From Candidatus Eiseniibacteriota bacterium (GTDB taxonomy: Bacteria; Eisenbacteria; RBG-16-71-46; JABDJR01), in assembly GCA_963762255.1 (NCBI GenBank), contig CAVXKA010000002.1, positions 704,001 through 768,000 of the forward strand: a stretch of 64,000 bases of DNA, in the 5' to 3' direction. The translations under genes were made by a program, and so were the position numbers. Position 1 is the first letter of the stretch; the number at the start of each line of letters is the position of its first letter. Of the stretch, positions 22,347 through 31,243 are shown piece by piece. The notes below the pieces were generated by a model. That model ran no database searches, was not told the DNA's origin, and worked only from the letters and a program-made list of their open reading frames with translations.

Positions 22347-23420
22347 TCAGGGCCGGTTCTCGATTACGCGCTTGATCTCCTCAATGATCTTGCGCGCCTG
22401 CGCCAGGACCTTGAATAGCTGCTCGAGTGACGAGTCTTCCGCAAGCTGGCCAAGAAGCGCACGCAGTTCAGCCAGTTGATCCTGCAACGCCGGGATCGGC
22501 GCGAAGTCGCCGCCGAACTGCGGGTAGCTTGCGCTGTCCACAGCCGCGCGCATCTGGGCGCGGGTGATCGCGCTGCCACCCATGACGCGGTTGAGCAGCG
22601 GGATGTGGACCCTCGGATGGTCGAGATAGTGCGTGAGCCCGTGGATGTTCCACTGGCGGTAGTGAAAGAGATCCTCGTGGAGAAAGTAACGCCCTTGAAA
22701 GTGCACGGGAGCGAAGCGGCGCACGACGAGGCAGGGATCCAGTTCGTGTCGGAAATCGAAGAACGCGGAGCACAGCGAACTCTTGCTCTCATTGGGCCCG
22801 GGGCGCACGAACGAGTCGTAGGCGGGGAAATCCGTCTGCAGCAGCCGACTGACGTTGGCGAGCATGAAGATGCTGTCAAGTCGAGCTTGCGGCGGCCGGA
22901 ACGGTCCGGCCCCGCCCAGCGGCTGGGTGGCCATCACCTGCAGAGCGTCGTGCGCGACCGCGGTTCCGAGGCTATGCGCCAGGACGGTGCAGCGGCCGAG
23001 GTCCCAGCCGGCATGATCCTTGACGCCCTGGACAATCTGCCGCACGACCGAGGCGCGGATGCGCTCCTGGTAGAGATTGAAAAAGCGGTAGATCACCACG
23101 TCGGCCAGGTGCGACCAGAAGAACGGCGGGTGTTCGGCGGCGATGCCATCGAGCCAGCCGAGAGTGCCGCCTAGCTTGATCTGCTGCTGCGACGCGAACT
23201 GCGACACCGCGCCCGCACCATCCTGCCACTGCTTGAGGACGTTGCACAGGATGTCGTCGTAGTTGACCGGCACGACCGTCACGTCGGCCGGCCAGCCCGA
23301 GTCCTTGAACGTGGGGTAGCGCCGACTGATCTCGTCGAGCTTCTGCTTGACCTCGTCGAGCCAGGTATCGGCTTCATGCACTCCCATACCGTGGACGACG
23401 AAGAGCACATGTCGGGCCAT
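22347..23420 (-). CDS. Alpha/beta-hydrolase fold protein
   Basis: VLFVVHGMG oxyanion motif, VLAHSLG nucleophile elbow, HELDP Asp, NIHGLTHYL His; GGGAGG SD. Confidence 0.75.
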   Translation of the reverse strand: MARHVLFVVHGMGVHEADTWLDEVKQKLDEISRRYPTFKDSGWPADVTVVPVNYDDILCNVLKQWQDGAGAVSQFASQQQIKLGGTLGWLDGIAAEHPPFFWSHLADVVIYRFFNLYQERIRASVVRQIVQGVKDHAGWDLGRCTVLAHSLGTAVAHDALQVMATQPLGGAGPFRPPQARLDSIFMLANVSRLLQTDFPAYDSFVRPGPNESKSSLCSAFFDFRHELDPCLVVRRFAPVHFQGRYFLHEDLFHYRQWNIHGLTHYLDHPRVHIPLLNRVMGGSAITRAQMRAAVDSASYPQFGGDFAPIPALQDQLAELRALLGQLAEDSSLEQLFKVLAQARKIIEEIKRVIENRP

Positions 23421-23485
23421 AACACCTCCCTCGCACGCTGTTGACCGTCGAGAGGTCGATTCACGGTGCGGGAGCTATTAAGCGA

Positions 23486-23515
23486 AGCATAGGGAAATCC
23501 CCAAAACGCTGTCAA
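23486..23515 (-). promoter_or_regulatory. Sigma70-like promoter for the hydrolase/secreted-protein pair
   Basis: Minus strand reads TTGACA-N18-TATGCT. Confidence 0.6.
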
Positions 23516-23705
23516 TCACAAGACCCACGTGCCAAGTTGTCGACGGCGGCGGGTCGGTAACCGGTCGAACCGGTGTCATTTCTCCGGATCCGTCAAGGGT
23601 GGGGTAGAATCCCCTACGCGTTCCTGCGACTCGCGGACCCTGCTGCGGCGCGCCTGGTGCGTTCACTTGCGGGGACCGACCAACCCCCGACACGGAGGAC
23701 GCGTC

Positions 23706-25844
23706 ATGCGTATCGATCCATCCTTCGTCATCCTCGAATCCGGCCAGAACGTGGAGGATGCGCTCGGCGCCGTACCTCCGGGTGGATCCGTCCACTACGT
23801 TGTCATCCGACGCGAGTTGGGCGACAGCGTCTTCTGGTACACGATCCGCGTCGACGCCTTCCTGCGGCGGATCGCGAACCACCCCGTAAGGCAGCCGATC
23901 GAGGTCGCACTCGAGCTCCATGAACGCGACGCTGTCCCGGTCCATCCCGAGGGCGCGACGGAGGGCGACAGCTACCGTCCTGGCGCGGTAGTGATAAGCC
24001 CTCGTGGTCGCGTGATGGGTGTTCTGGAGATGGTGTACCTCGCGCCGCCACCCACTGCCGAGGCGCCGCGGAGAAACCGCAGGTTCCGCGACCTCTTGAG
24101 GTTTGGTCGGCCCAAGGAGAGGCGGGGCGAAGCAGGGGCGCCTCCCGATGAATCCGTGCACGCTCCCGGAGAGTACATGGATGCCGGCCCGAAGGCGATG
24201 CCGCCGGCGGCCGACGAGCGTCCAGCGACCACTGCAGCCCCTCCCCCCACCACACCGACCGCTCCCGAGAAGCGGGCGTTCCAGGCATGGCCCGACCTCG
24301 GCGCGCCGGTCGTGGTAGAGGAACACCAAATCTTCGATCTCGTCATTGGCTTTGCGCGAAGCGCGCGTGCGGACGTGTCCGGCGGTCCGGTGGTGCTCGA
24401 CTTGGCCCCGCCCGAGTTCGACCTTCACATCCAGGTGGCCGCGGCGGGATTCGACGCCCCGGAGGGCTGGACCCGCATGCTGCACGTGGTGCGCGACAAT
24501 CCATGGTCGGCGCACGTGACGGTGGAGCTCGTGGCCACCGACGGCATCGCAAGGAGCGAGGTGCGCTCGATCACGGTCCTGTTTCACTTCGAGGGGCAGC
24601 TATGTGGTCAGGCGCGTCGCAAGGTGGTCGTGGTGCCGCAGGGCACGGCCATCGACTCCGCGACGCCGATGGCGGCGGACGTTGCGGCGAAGCCCAGTAC
24701 CACGGGTGTGCCGGTGAGGGTGAAGCCGGGGCTCAGGGCCCCCGACCTTACCGCCACCATCCAGCTCACCACCGGGCGCGCCTCGCGCGAGGTCTTCCTC
24801 TGGACGTTTGAATCCCCGCACTCCGTCGCACTGCCTGAGACGCCGGCGACCACCGAATTCGATACCGGCGTCGGCGCTTACGTGGACAGCGTGCTGCAGC
24901 AACTGGTAGCTCTCTCAGGCGAGCCGACCGCGGATAATCAGATGCGCGGGATAGGTCGGCAAATCGCGCGTCGCATGCCGGCGGCCTTCTGGTCGGTGTT
25001 GAAACAGGTGAGCCAGATCACCGCCGGCGCGGGCCGCGCCCCAGACGTGCTGCTCGTGACCGAAGAGACCCGCCTGCCCTGGGAGCTGGCGTGGATGCCC
25101 GAACCGCTCGATCCAGCACGCGCGGCGCACCTCGGGGCGCAGGTCAATCTCGGCCGCTGGATCCTCGGAGACTCCGGCCCCGCACTTCCTCCCGAGGATC
25201 GGCTGCCTTACCGCAACATCGTCGTGGTAGTGGGAAACTACCCGAAGGGCGCCGGGGTGGCGGCGCTGCCCGACGCGGTGGCCGAAGCCGACTGGCTGAA
25301 GCAGAAGGAGCAGTCACGCGCCACAGTAATCGAGATGGAGGGCACCGAACTTGACTCATTCCTCGAGGGCGAGGTGCCGGTCGCGGGCTGCGAGTTGATC
25401 CACTTTGCCTGTCACGGCCGCTCGAAGACGGGCGCGCCCGCGGAGACCCACCTCGTGATGCAGGGCGGGCAGACGTTTACGCCGCAGGTACTCGAGGGCT
25501 CGGAGATCGGCGCCAAGTGGGCTCCGCTTCTGTTCCTGAACGCGTGCGAGGTGGGCCGCGCGGGCGTGGCGCTCGGCGAGACCGCGGGCTTTGCGGGCGC
25601 CGCGCTTTACCAAGGATGCCGCGCGTTTGTTGGCCCGCTGTGGCAGGTGCAGAGCGACGTCGCGCGCGAGATAGCCGAAGCGTTCTACACGGGCGCGCTT
25701 GCCGGCGAGCCGATCGCGGCGGTGTTGCGCGACATCCGCGCGAAGTACATCTACAGCGGTCCCGGCAGTCCGCCGTCTCCCGACACGTATCTCGCCTATG
25801 TCTACTACGGCCATCCTGCGCTCCGACTGGAGTGCCAGCCCTGA
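23706..25844 (+). CDS. CHAT (caspase-like) protease with CBS-like N-terminus, Pro-rich linker and beta-sandwich domain
   Basis: LPWELAW, LIHFACHG (His), LLFLNAC (Cys), FVGPLWQV and LAYVYYGHP motifs; GGAGG SD before ATG 23706. Confidence 0.85.
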   Translation: MRIDPSFVILESGQNVEDALGAVPPGGSVHYVVIRRELGDSVFWYTIRVDAFLRRIANHPVRQPIEVALELHERDAVPVHPEGATEGDSYRPGAVVISPRGRVMGVLEMVYLAPPPTAEAPRRNRRFRDLLRFGRPKERRGEAGAPPDESVHAPGEYMDAGPKAMPPAADERPATTAAPPPTTPTAPEKRAFQAWPDLGAPVVVEEHQIFDLVIGFARSARADVSGGPVVLDLAPPEFDLHIQVAAAGFDAPEGWTRMLHVVRDNPWSAHVTVELVATDGIARSEVRSITVLFHFEGQLCGQARRKVVVVPQGTAIDSATPMAADVAAKPSTTGVPVRVKPGLRAPDLTATIQLTTGRASREVFLWTFESPHSVALPETPATTEFDTGVGAYVDSVLQQLVALSGEPTADNQMRGIGRQIARRMPAAFWSVLKQVSQITAGAGRAPDVLLVTEETRLPWELAWMPEPLDPARAAHLGAQVNLGRWILGDSGPALPPEDRLPYRNIVVVVGNYPKGAGVAALPDAVAEADWLKQKEQSRATVIEMEGTELDSFLEGEVPVAGCELIHFACHGRSKTGAPAETHLVMQGGQTFTPQVLEGSEIGAKWAPLLFLNACEVGRAGVALGETAGFAGAALYQGCRAFVGPLWQVQSDVAREIAEAFYTGALAGEPIAAVLRDIRAKYIYSGPGSPPSPDTYLAYVYYGHPALRLECQP

Positions 25845-25860
25845 ACGAGGAGGAACTTCC

Positions 25861-27375
25861 ATGAGTGAATTCGAGCTTCTCTCCGGCGCATCCCCGATCG
25901 AGCTGGGCCCAGGCTGGACGCTGCGCGCTCCGGGCTTCTCCGGGCGCGGCGCATTCGAGCTGGCGGCACGCGGCGCGCGCCGCGCACCGGGGAGCCCGGA
26001 CCTCGGGTTGCTCGACGATGTGGTTGCCCGGCTGGCGATGACCGAGCGCGCCGTCGCCGTGCTCGATCTCGAGCCGGAGCCTGCGACGGATCCCTGGCGA
26101 CGCGGGATCGGCCAGGAGCCACCCGCCATTGAGTTCGAGACGCCCGAGCCTCCAGAGGGGTTCGAGCAGGTGATTCTGGCGGTGGACGAGGGCTCGATTG
26201 TCTCGTGGCACATTGGCGAGACACACGTCGCAACCGATGACCGCCGCGGTGCGACCGCCATGCGTCACTACCGCGTGCCGGCACGTAGGGTCTCGCCCAC
26301 CCCACCCGGCGCGGACCGGCGCGGGCTGTTCTCGGTGATCGCTCGGAAGGTGCTCAAGGTGCTGGTGTTCCCCATCACGGATTTCGTGGTGGGGGAAATC
26401 GGTCGCGGCGTGGCGCGCCTGTGGGAGAGCGGCCACGCCCCCTATGGGGTGCGCACCTTCGAGCCTGGCAACTTCAAGGCTGCGAACGTGGGCGCGTTCG
26501 GCGACCCTGACTGGCGGAGGATCGCCGGGGGCCCTGCGCTGCTCTTCGTCCACGGCACATTCAGTACCGCGCATGGCTGCTTCAGCCGCATGAACCCGCA
26601 GGCCCTTGCCGAGCTAGGCACCCGCTATGGCGGACGGACGTTCGCGTTCAACCACTGGACGCTGTCGCACGACCCACGTGAGAACGTGAAATGGCTGATC
26701 GGGCAGATTCCGCAGGGGCCTGCGCTTGATGTGGACATCGTCTGCCACAGCCGTGGCGGGCTGGTCGCCCGCACACTCGCGCATGCACTCGACGAGCTGG
26801 GGGGAGCGGGCCGAGTGCGGGTGGGACGCATCGTGTTCGTCGCCACCCCCAACGACGGAACGCGGCTAGCACAGGCCGACCACATGGTGAACATGCTTGA
26901 CCGCTATACGAACGTGGTGCAGTTCCTTCCCGACGGCCCGATCGAGATCGTGCTGGAAGGCGTGGTGACGGCGGTGAAGACGCTGGCCCACGCGGGTCTC
27001 AGCCACCTGCCCGGGCTCGCGGCGCAGGATCCCGGTAGCCGGTTCCTCGATTGGCTACGTGAGAAAGACACGGCCGGCACCGAGTACTACGCGCTAGCCG
27101 CTGACTGGGAGCCGAACGTCGGTCCGCTGTGGGACCTTGTGAAGCAGGAGATCGCGGACCGGATCATGGATGGCGTGTTCCAGAACGAGAAGAACGACCT
27201 GGTTGTGCCGACGCTCGGCGTCGGCCAAGCGCTGCGCGGGAAAGGGTTCCCCGTGGAGAATGCGCGGCAATTCACGTTTCCGCCGAACGCGGGCGTCACG
27301 CACACCAGCTTCTTCGGCGATCCATCGACCGCCGACCGCCTGCTCGAGTGGCTCACGCCGCGCGGCGGATCTTGA
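25861..27375 (+). CDS. Alpha/beta-hydrolase (lipase/esterase-like) with ~200 aa N-terminal extension
   Basis: LLFVHGTFS, VCHSRGG (Ser), VATPNDGT, KNDLVV (Asp) and VTHTSFF (His); GAGGAGG SD. Confidence 0.85.
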   Translation: MSEFELLSGASPIELGPGWTLRAPGFSGRGAFELAARGARRAPGSPDLGLLDDVVARLAMTERAVAVLDLEPEPATDPWRRGIGQEPPAIEFETPEPPEGFEQVILAVDEGSIVSWHIGETHVATDDRRGATAMRHYRVPARRVSPTPPGADRRGLFSVIARKVLKVLVFPITDFVVGEIGRGVARLWESGHAPYGVRTFEPGNFKAANVGAFGDPDWRRIAGGPALLFVHGTFSTAHGCFSRMNPQALAELGTRYGGRTFAFNHWTLSHDPRENVKWLIGQIPQGPALDVDIVCHSRGGLVARTLAHALDELGGAGRVRVGRIVFVATPNDGTRLAQADHMVNMLDRYTNVVQFLPDGPIEIVLEGVVTAVKTLAHAGLSHLPGLAAQDPGSRFLDWLREKDTAGTEYYALAADWEPNVGPLWDLVKQEIADRIMDGVFQNEKNDLVVPTLGVGQALRGKGFPVENARQFTFPPNAGVTHTSFFGDPSTADRLLEWLTPRGGS

Positions 27376-27500
27376 ACGGGGCGGAGGAGCGCCCGAGGGT
27401 CTGTGGCCGCCGTGACACTCGCCTCACCGACCGCGGCGAGGACGCGATAGAATCCCACACGCGCTCAGCCTCCTTCCAGCCGCAAACCGGAGTTGCCAAC

Positions 27501-30500
27501 ATGCCCGAGCAAACGACTCTTCACATCCGCGAACGTGCCGCCGGTCCGGGGAGGCACGCTATCGGGCTCACCTTACAGCGTCCCGGGCAGGCGGATATCG
27601 GGGCGGAGGCGAACATCGAATTCGCGCTCACCCCGCAGGAGCACGAGGAGCTGCGCTGGTATCTGGAGGACTACCTGCTGCGGCCGGAGGCGATCCAAGA
27701 GGTTCAAATCGAGCAGATCGAAGCATGGATGCAACGATGGGGCAAAGAATTGTACACGAAGGTCCTGGCTGCCAACATGAACACACAGGCCATCTGGTTT
27801 GCGGTGCGCGAACAGTTGGCCAACCTGCGAGTTGAAATCTCTGCGGGCATCGCGGAAGCCGCTTCCATTCCTTGGGAGCTGATGCGGGATCCCCAGTCCG
27901 ACTCACCCATCGCCCTTCGTGTTCGATCGTTCGTGCGCGTCCAGTCGAACCCAAACCTCAGTTTCGTCCCCGTGCCATCGGCCGACGAAGGACGCATCCG
28001 CCTGCTGTACGTCGTATGCCGGCCAGCCGGGATTGAAGACGTTGAGCTGCGGGTTGTGGCCAACCGGCTCTTGCAGGATGCAGGCAAGGATCTCACTCGC
28101 TTCGACATCACCGCCCTCCGGCCACCCACGTTCGAGCAACTGCAAAGAGTGCTGAGCGACGCCAATACCGCCGGGCGCCCGTACCACATCGTCCACTTCG
28201 ATGGGCACGGCGTCTACGAGGACCTGAGCAAGACCCCCCTGGCTGACTGGTTGAGAGCCATCAACGCCCTGACGCTGGGAGGCAGTAGGGCGGGCAAGCA
28301 CGGCTACCTACTGTTCGAACATCCCAGCAGCGAGCACAAGATGCGCCCCGTGACTGGGGACGAACTTGGCAAGTTGCTCCACGACACGGGCGTGCCCGTA
28401 CTGGTGCTGAACGCCTGCCAATCCGCCATGCACCAAGCCGGGACTGATCCGGACGGGGCGGGCCTGGCCAGCAACGCCCACGATGAAATCCGGGCCATCG
28501 GTTCGCTGACCCAAGCCGTCATCGACCAGGGTATCCCTGCCGTCCTCGGCATGCGATACAGCGTCTTTGTCGTCACCGCGGCCCAGTACGTTGGCCAGCT
28601 CTACGCCGCATTGGCCAAAGGCCGCCCCTTCGGCGAGGCGGCCAGCGAGGCTCGCAAGCACCTGGCTCGCAACCCGGACCGATGGATAGGTCTGCAGCCT
28701 CGCCCGCTGCAGGATTGGTTTGTCCCGGTAGTCTACGAAGCAGCCCCGATCCGGCTGCTGCCGCAAGAGACGGCTTTCGAAGGCGGCGAGCAGCCGGAAC
28801 TCGACCCAGTCCAGAATGACCCTTCACTGCTGCGCTACGTGCCCGACACCGGCTTCGTCGGCCGCGACGAAACGCTGCTGATGCTCGACCGCGCCTTCGA
28901 CGCCCACCCTGTTGTGCTACTGCACGCCTATGCCGGGCAGGGCAAGACCGCCACCGCAGTTGAATTCGCCCGCTGGTATGCCCGAACAGGCGGCCTCGGC
29001 CCGCGGCCTCTTGTTCTGTTCACTTCCTTCGAGCATCCCATCGACCTCGACGATGTCTTGAACCAGATCGGGCAGCGCACCGTCCAGGACTGGAGCGCGA
29101 TCAACGAGAGTCACGAGAAGCGCTCACGTGTAGTCCAACTGCTCCGGCAAGTTCCCTTGCTGTGGATCTGGGACAACGTGGAACCCGTCGCTGGCTTCCC
29201 GGCCGGGACCGAATCCGCCCGAGCGCCAGAGGAACAGGCCGAGCTGGCCGCCTTCTTGAAGCAGGTCAAGCTGGACCCGGCTACAAGAGCCAAGATCCTG
29301 CTGACCAGTCGCCGGGACGAGCAAGCGTGGCTGGGCGGCATCCCGCACCGGGTTCCCATGCCCCACATGACCGCTGCGGACGCCGCCCACTTGGCGGTGC
29401 AAATCGGTGCCGAACGGGAGCTGGACCGAAGCCAAGTCGCGCAGTGGCAACCTCTGCTGGACTACTGTGCCGGCAATCCGCTGACGCTGCGGATCATCGC
29501 TGGACAGGCTGTGCAGTTGGGCCTGCGAGACCGGGATCAGGTTGCAGCCTTCATCCAGGCGGTGCGAGACGGCGAGCAGCGCATCGAAGACGTCAACACA
29601 GCCGAGGGCCGGGACCGTTCGCTGGGCGCCTCGCTCGACTACGGCTTCCGCAACACCTTTGAGGCTAATGAGCTGTCCATCATCGCCCTGCTGCACCTAT
29701 TCCAGGGCACCGTGGATGTGGATACCCTCGCGTCGATGGGCGAAGCGAGCGACCATGCCCTGCCCGAACTCGAGGAGAGGACCAAGGAACACCTGACGAG
29801 CGTGCTCGACCGGGCACGGGACACCGGCCTGCTGACCTATCTGGGCGGAACGTCCTATGGAATCCACCCGGCTCTACCATGGTTCCTCCGTCAGTTGTTC
29901 GCCCAGCATTACGACGGACAGCAAGGCCGCTCGACCGCCACCCTCCGGGCTTGGGTCGAGGCCGTTGGCGCAATGGGCGAGCAGTACCAACGGCAGTTCA
30001 GCCGAGGCAACCAAGACGTCATCCAAAACCTCGCCTTGGAAGAAGCCAACCTGCTGCACGCCCGTCGCACCGCTCGCCGCCACGGTTGGTGGCAATCCGT
30101 GATTGCCGCCATGCAGGGCCTGCGAACCCTCTGCAAGTACCAAGGCCGGACGTCCGAATGGTCCCGGTTGGTGGCGGAAATCACCCCCGACTACTGCACC
30201 CTCGACGACGCCCCCATGCCCGGCCGTGAAGGTGAATTCACCGTGGTCATGAGCTACCGAGTTGACCTGGCCCAGGGACACTACCGAGACCTCGCCCAAG
30301 CTGCCTCCCTGCAGGCGAAAGTGACGGCCTGGGACCGCCAGCAAGCCGCCCCCGTCCTCGCCCTCCCCAACGACACCCCCCTGGACCCCTACCAGCGCCA
30401 CCTTGTCCACACCTTAGGCGCCAGCGTGTTCGCCCTTGCCCAAATCCTCATGGAGCAGGGCAACCCGGACTGCGTAGCAGCGTACGAGGAATCCATTCAG

Positions 30501-31157
30501 CATATGCAGCGAATCCAGGACACATCCACTGAAGCCATTGCTCACTACAACCTCGGACACGCCTTCATGGAAGTCCCCGCCATCCGCGACCTAGACGCCG
30601 CCGAGACCGCCTACCAGCGAAGCATGGCCTTGCGAGACACGATGGATGCCTTGGGTCGTTCCGCGAGCATCAAGCAGGTCGGTATGGTCCACCATGCAAG
30701 ATTCTCCGAATCCCGTCGGCGACAAGAGCCGGTGGCGACCATGCGGAAGCACGCCCAGGCAGCGGAGCAGCACTACCACCGGGCTCTCGCACTCTGCCCC
30801 CCCACCGCTCTCCCCCACCTAGGCCCCTTCCACCACCAGTTGGGCCTTCTCTACAGGAACGTCGGCCTGACCGAGCAAGCCCGAGAGCACTACGAGAAGG
30901 CCGTCCAGTACTTCGAGCGCACCGGCAACCGCCACAGTGCAGGCAAGACTCGCTTCAACATCGCCATCATGTACCTCAGCGCTGCGGAACGAGAGACCAC
31001 CGCGTCCCGTCAGATAGACCTCCTGCGCCGCGCGCAGGCCTACGCCCAGGCCGCCCTGCGCGACTTCAAGCACTACCAAGGCCGCGCCAGCGCAGAGGAA
31101 ACCGGAGCCCAGCGTCTCATCGACCATATCGCCGAAGCCCTCGATCAGCACACTTAG
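27501..31157 (+). CDS. CHAT-STAND (NB-ARC-like) NTPase-TPR protein (bacterial NLR-like)
   Basis: IPWELM, IVHFDGHG and VLVLNAC (CHAT); FVGRD, AGQGKT (Walker A), LWIWDNVE (Walker B), ILLTSR, AGNPLTL; C-terminal TPRs (AIAHYNLG, HHQLGLLY). Confidence 0.9.
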   Translation: MPEQTTLHIRERAAGPGRHAIGLTLQRPGQADIGAEANIEFALTPQEHEELRWYLEDYLLRPEAIQEVQIEQIEAWMQRWGKELYTKVLAANMNTQAIWFAVREQLANLRVEISAGIAEAASIPWELMRDPQSDSPIALRVRSFVRVQSNPNLSFVPVPSADEGRIRLLYVVCRPAGIEDVELRVVANRLLQDAGKDLTRFDITALRPPTFEQLQRVLSDANTAGRPYHIVHFDGHGVYEDLSKTPLADWLRAINALTLGGSRAGKHGYLLFEHPSSEHKMRPVTGDELGKLLHDTGVPVLVLNACQSAMHQAGTDPDGAGLASNAHDEIRAIGSLTQAVIDQGIPAVLGMRYSVFVVTAAQYVGQLYAALAKGRPFGEAASEARKHLARNPDRWIGLQPRPLQDWFVPVVYEAAPIRLLPQETAFEGGEQPELDPVQNDPSLLRYVPDTGFVGRDETLLMLDRAFDAHPVVLLHAYAGQGKTATAVEFARWYARTGGLGPRPLVLFTSFEHPIDLDDVLNQIGQRTVQDWSAINESHEKRSRVVQLLRQVPLLWIWDNVEPVAGFPAGTESARAPEEQAELAAFLKQVKLDPATRAKILLTSRRDEQAWLGGIPHRVPMPHMTAADAAHLAVQIGAERELDRSQVAQWQPLLDYCAGNPLTLRIIAGQAVQLGLRDRDQVAAFIQAVRDGEQRIEDVNTAEGRDRSLGASLDYGFRNTFEANELSIIALLHLFQGTVDVDTLASMGEASDHALPELEERTKEHLTSVLDRARDTGLLTYLGGTSYGIHPALPWFLRQLFAQHYDGQQGRSTATLRAWVEAVGAMGEQYQRQFSRGNQDVIQNLALEEANLLHARRTARRHGWWQSVIAAMQGLRTLCKYQGRTSEWSRLVAEITPDYCTLDDAPMPGREGEFTVVMSYRVDLAQGHYRDLAQAASLQAKVTAWDRQQAAPVLALPNDTPLDPYQRHLVHTLGASVFALAQILMEQGNPDCVAAYEESIQHMQRIQDTSTEAIAHYNLGHAFMEVPAIRDLDAAETAYQRSMALRDTMDALGRSASIKQVGMVHHARFSESRRRQEPVATMRKHAQAAEQHYHRALALCPPTALPHLGPFHHQLGLLYRNVGLTEQAREHYEKAVQYFERTGNRHSAGKTRFNIAIMYLSAAERETTASRQIDLLRRAQAYAQAALRDFKHYQGRASAEETGAQRLIDHIAEALDQHT

Positions 31158-31243
31158 CAGCCGGCTGTGGCGCTTGAGGATGACGTTCAAGACCTCCGCC
31201 GGGGGCCTTGCGGGGGCGCGAGCCGGTTTGCGCGTGGTGCGAC

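Larger units (their letters stand above)
21171..31243. mobile_element. Putative genomic island inserted at the top6A 3' end (no integrase seen)
   Basis: Flanked by the ~268 bp direct repeats; accessory CHAT/STAND/hydrolase cargo; 27.5-31.2 kb appears less GC-rich than the flanks. Confidence 0.7.

Noticed and set aside
21171-31243. Integrase, transposase or gasdermin within the island
   Set aside because: No tyrosine/serine recombinase, DDE or recognisable gasdermin motifs in any ORF.
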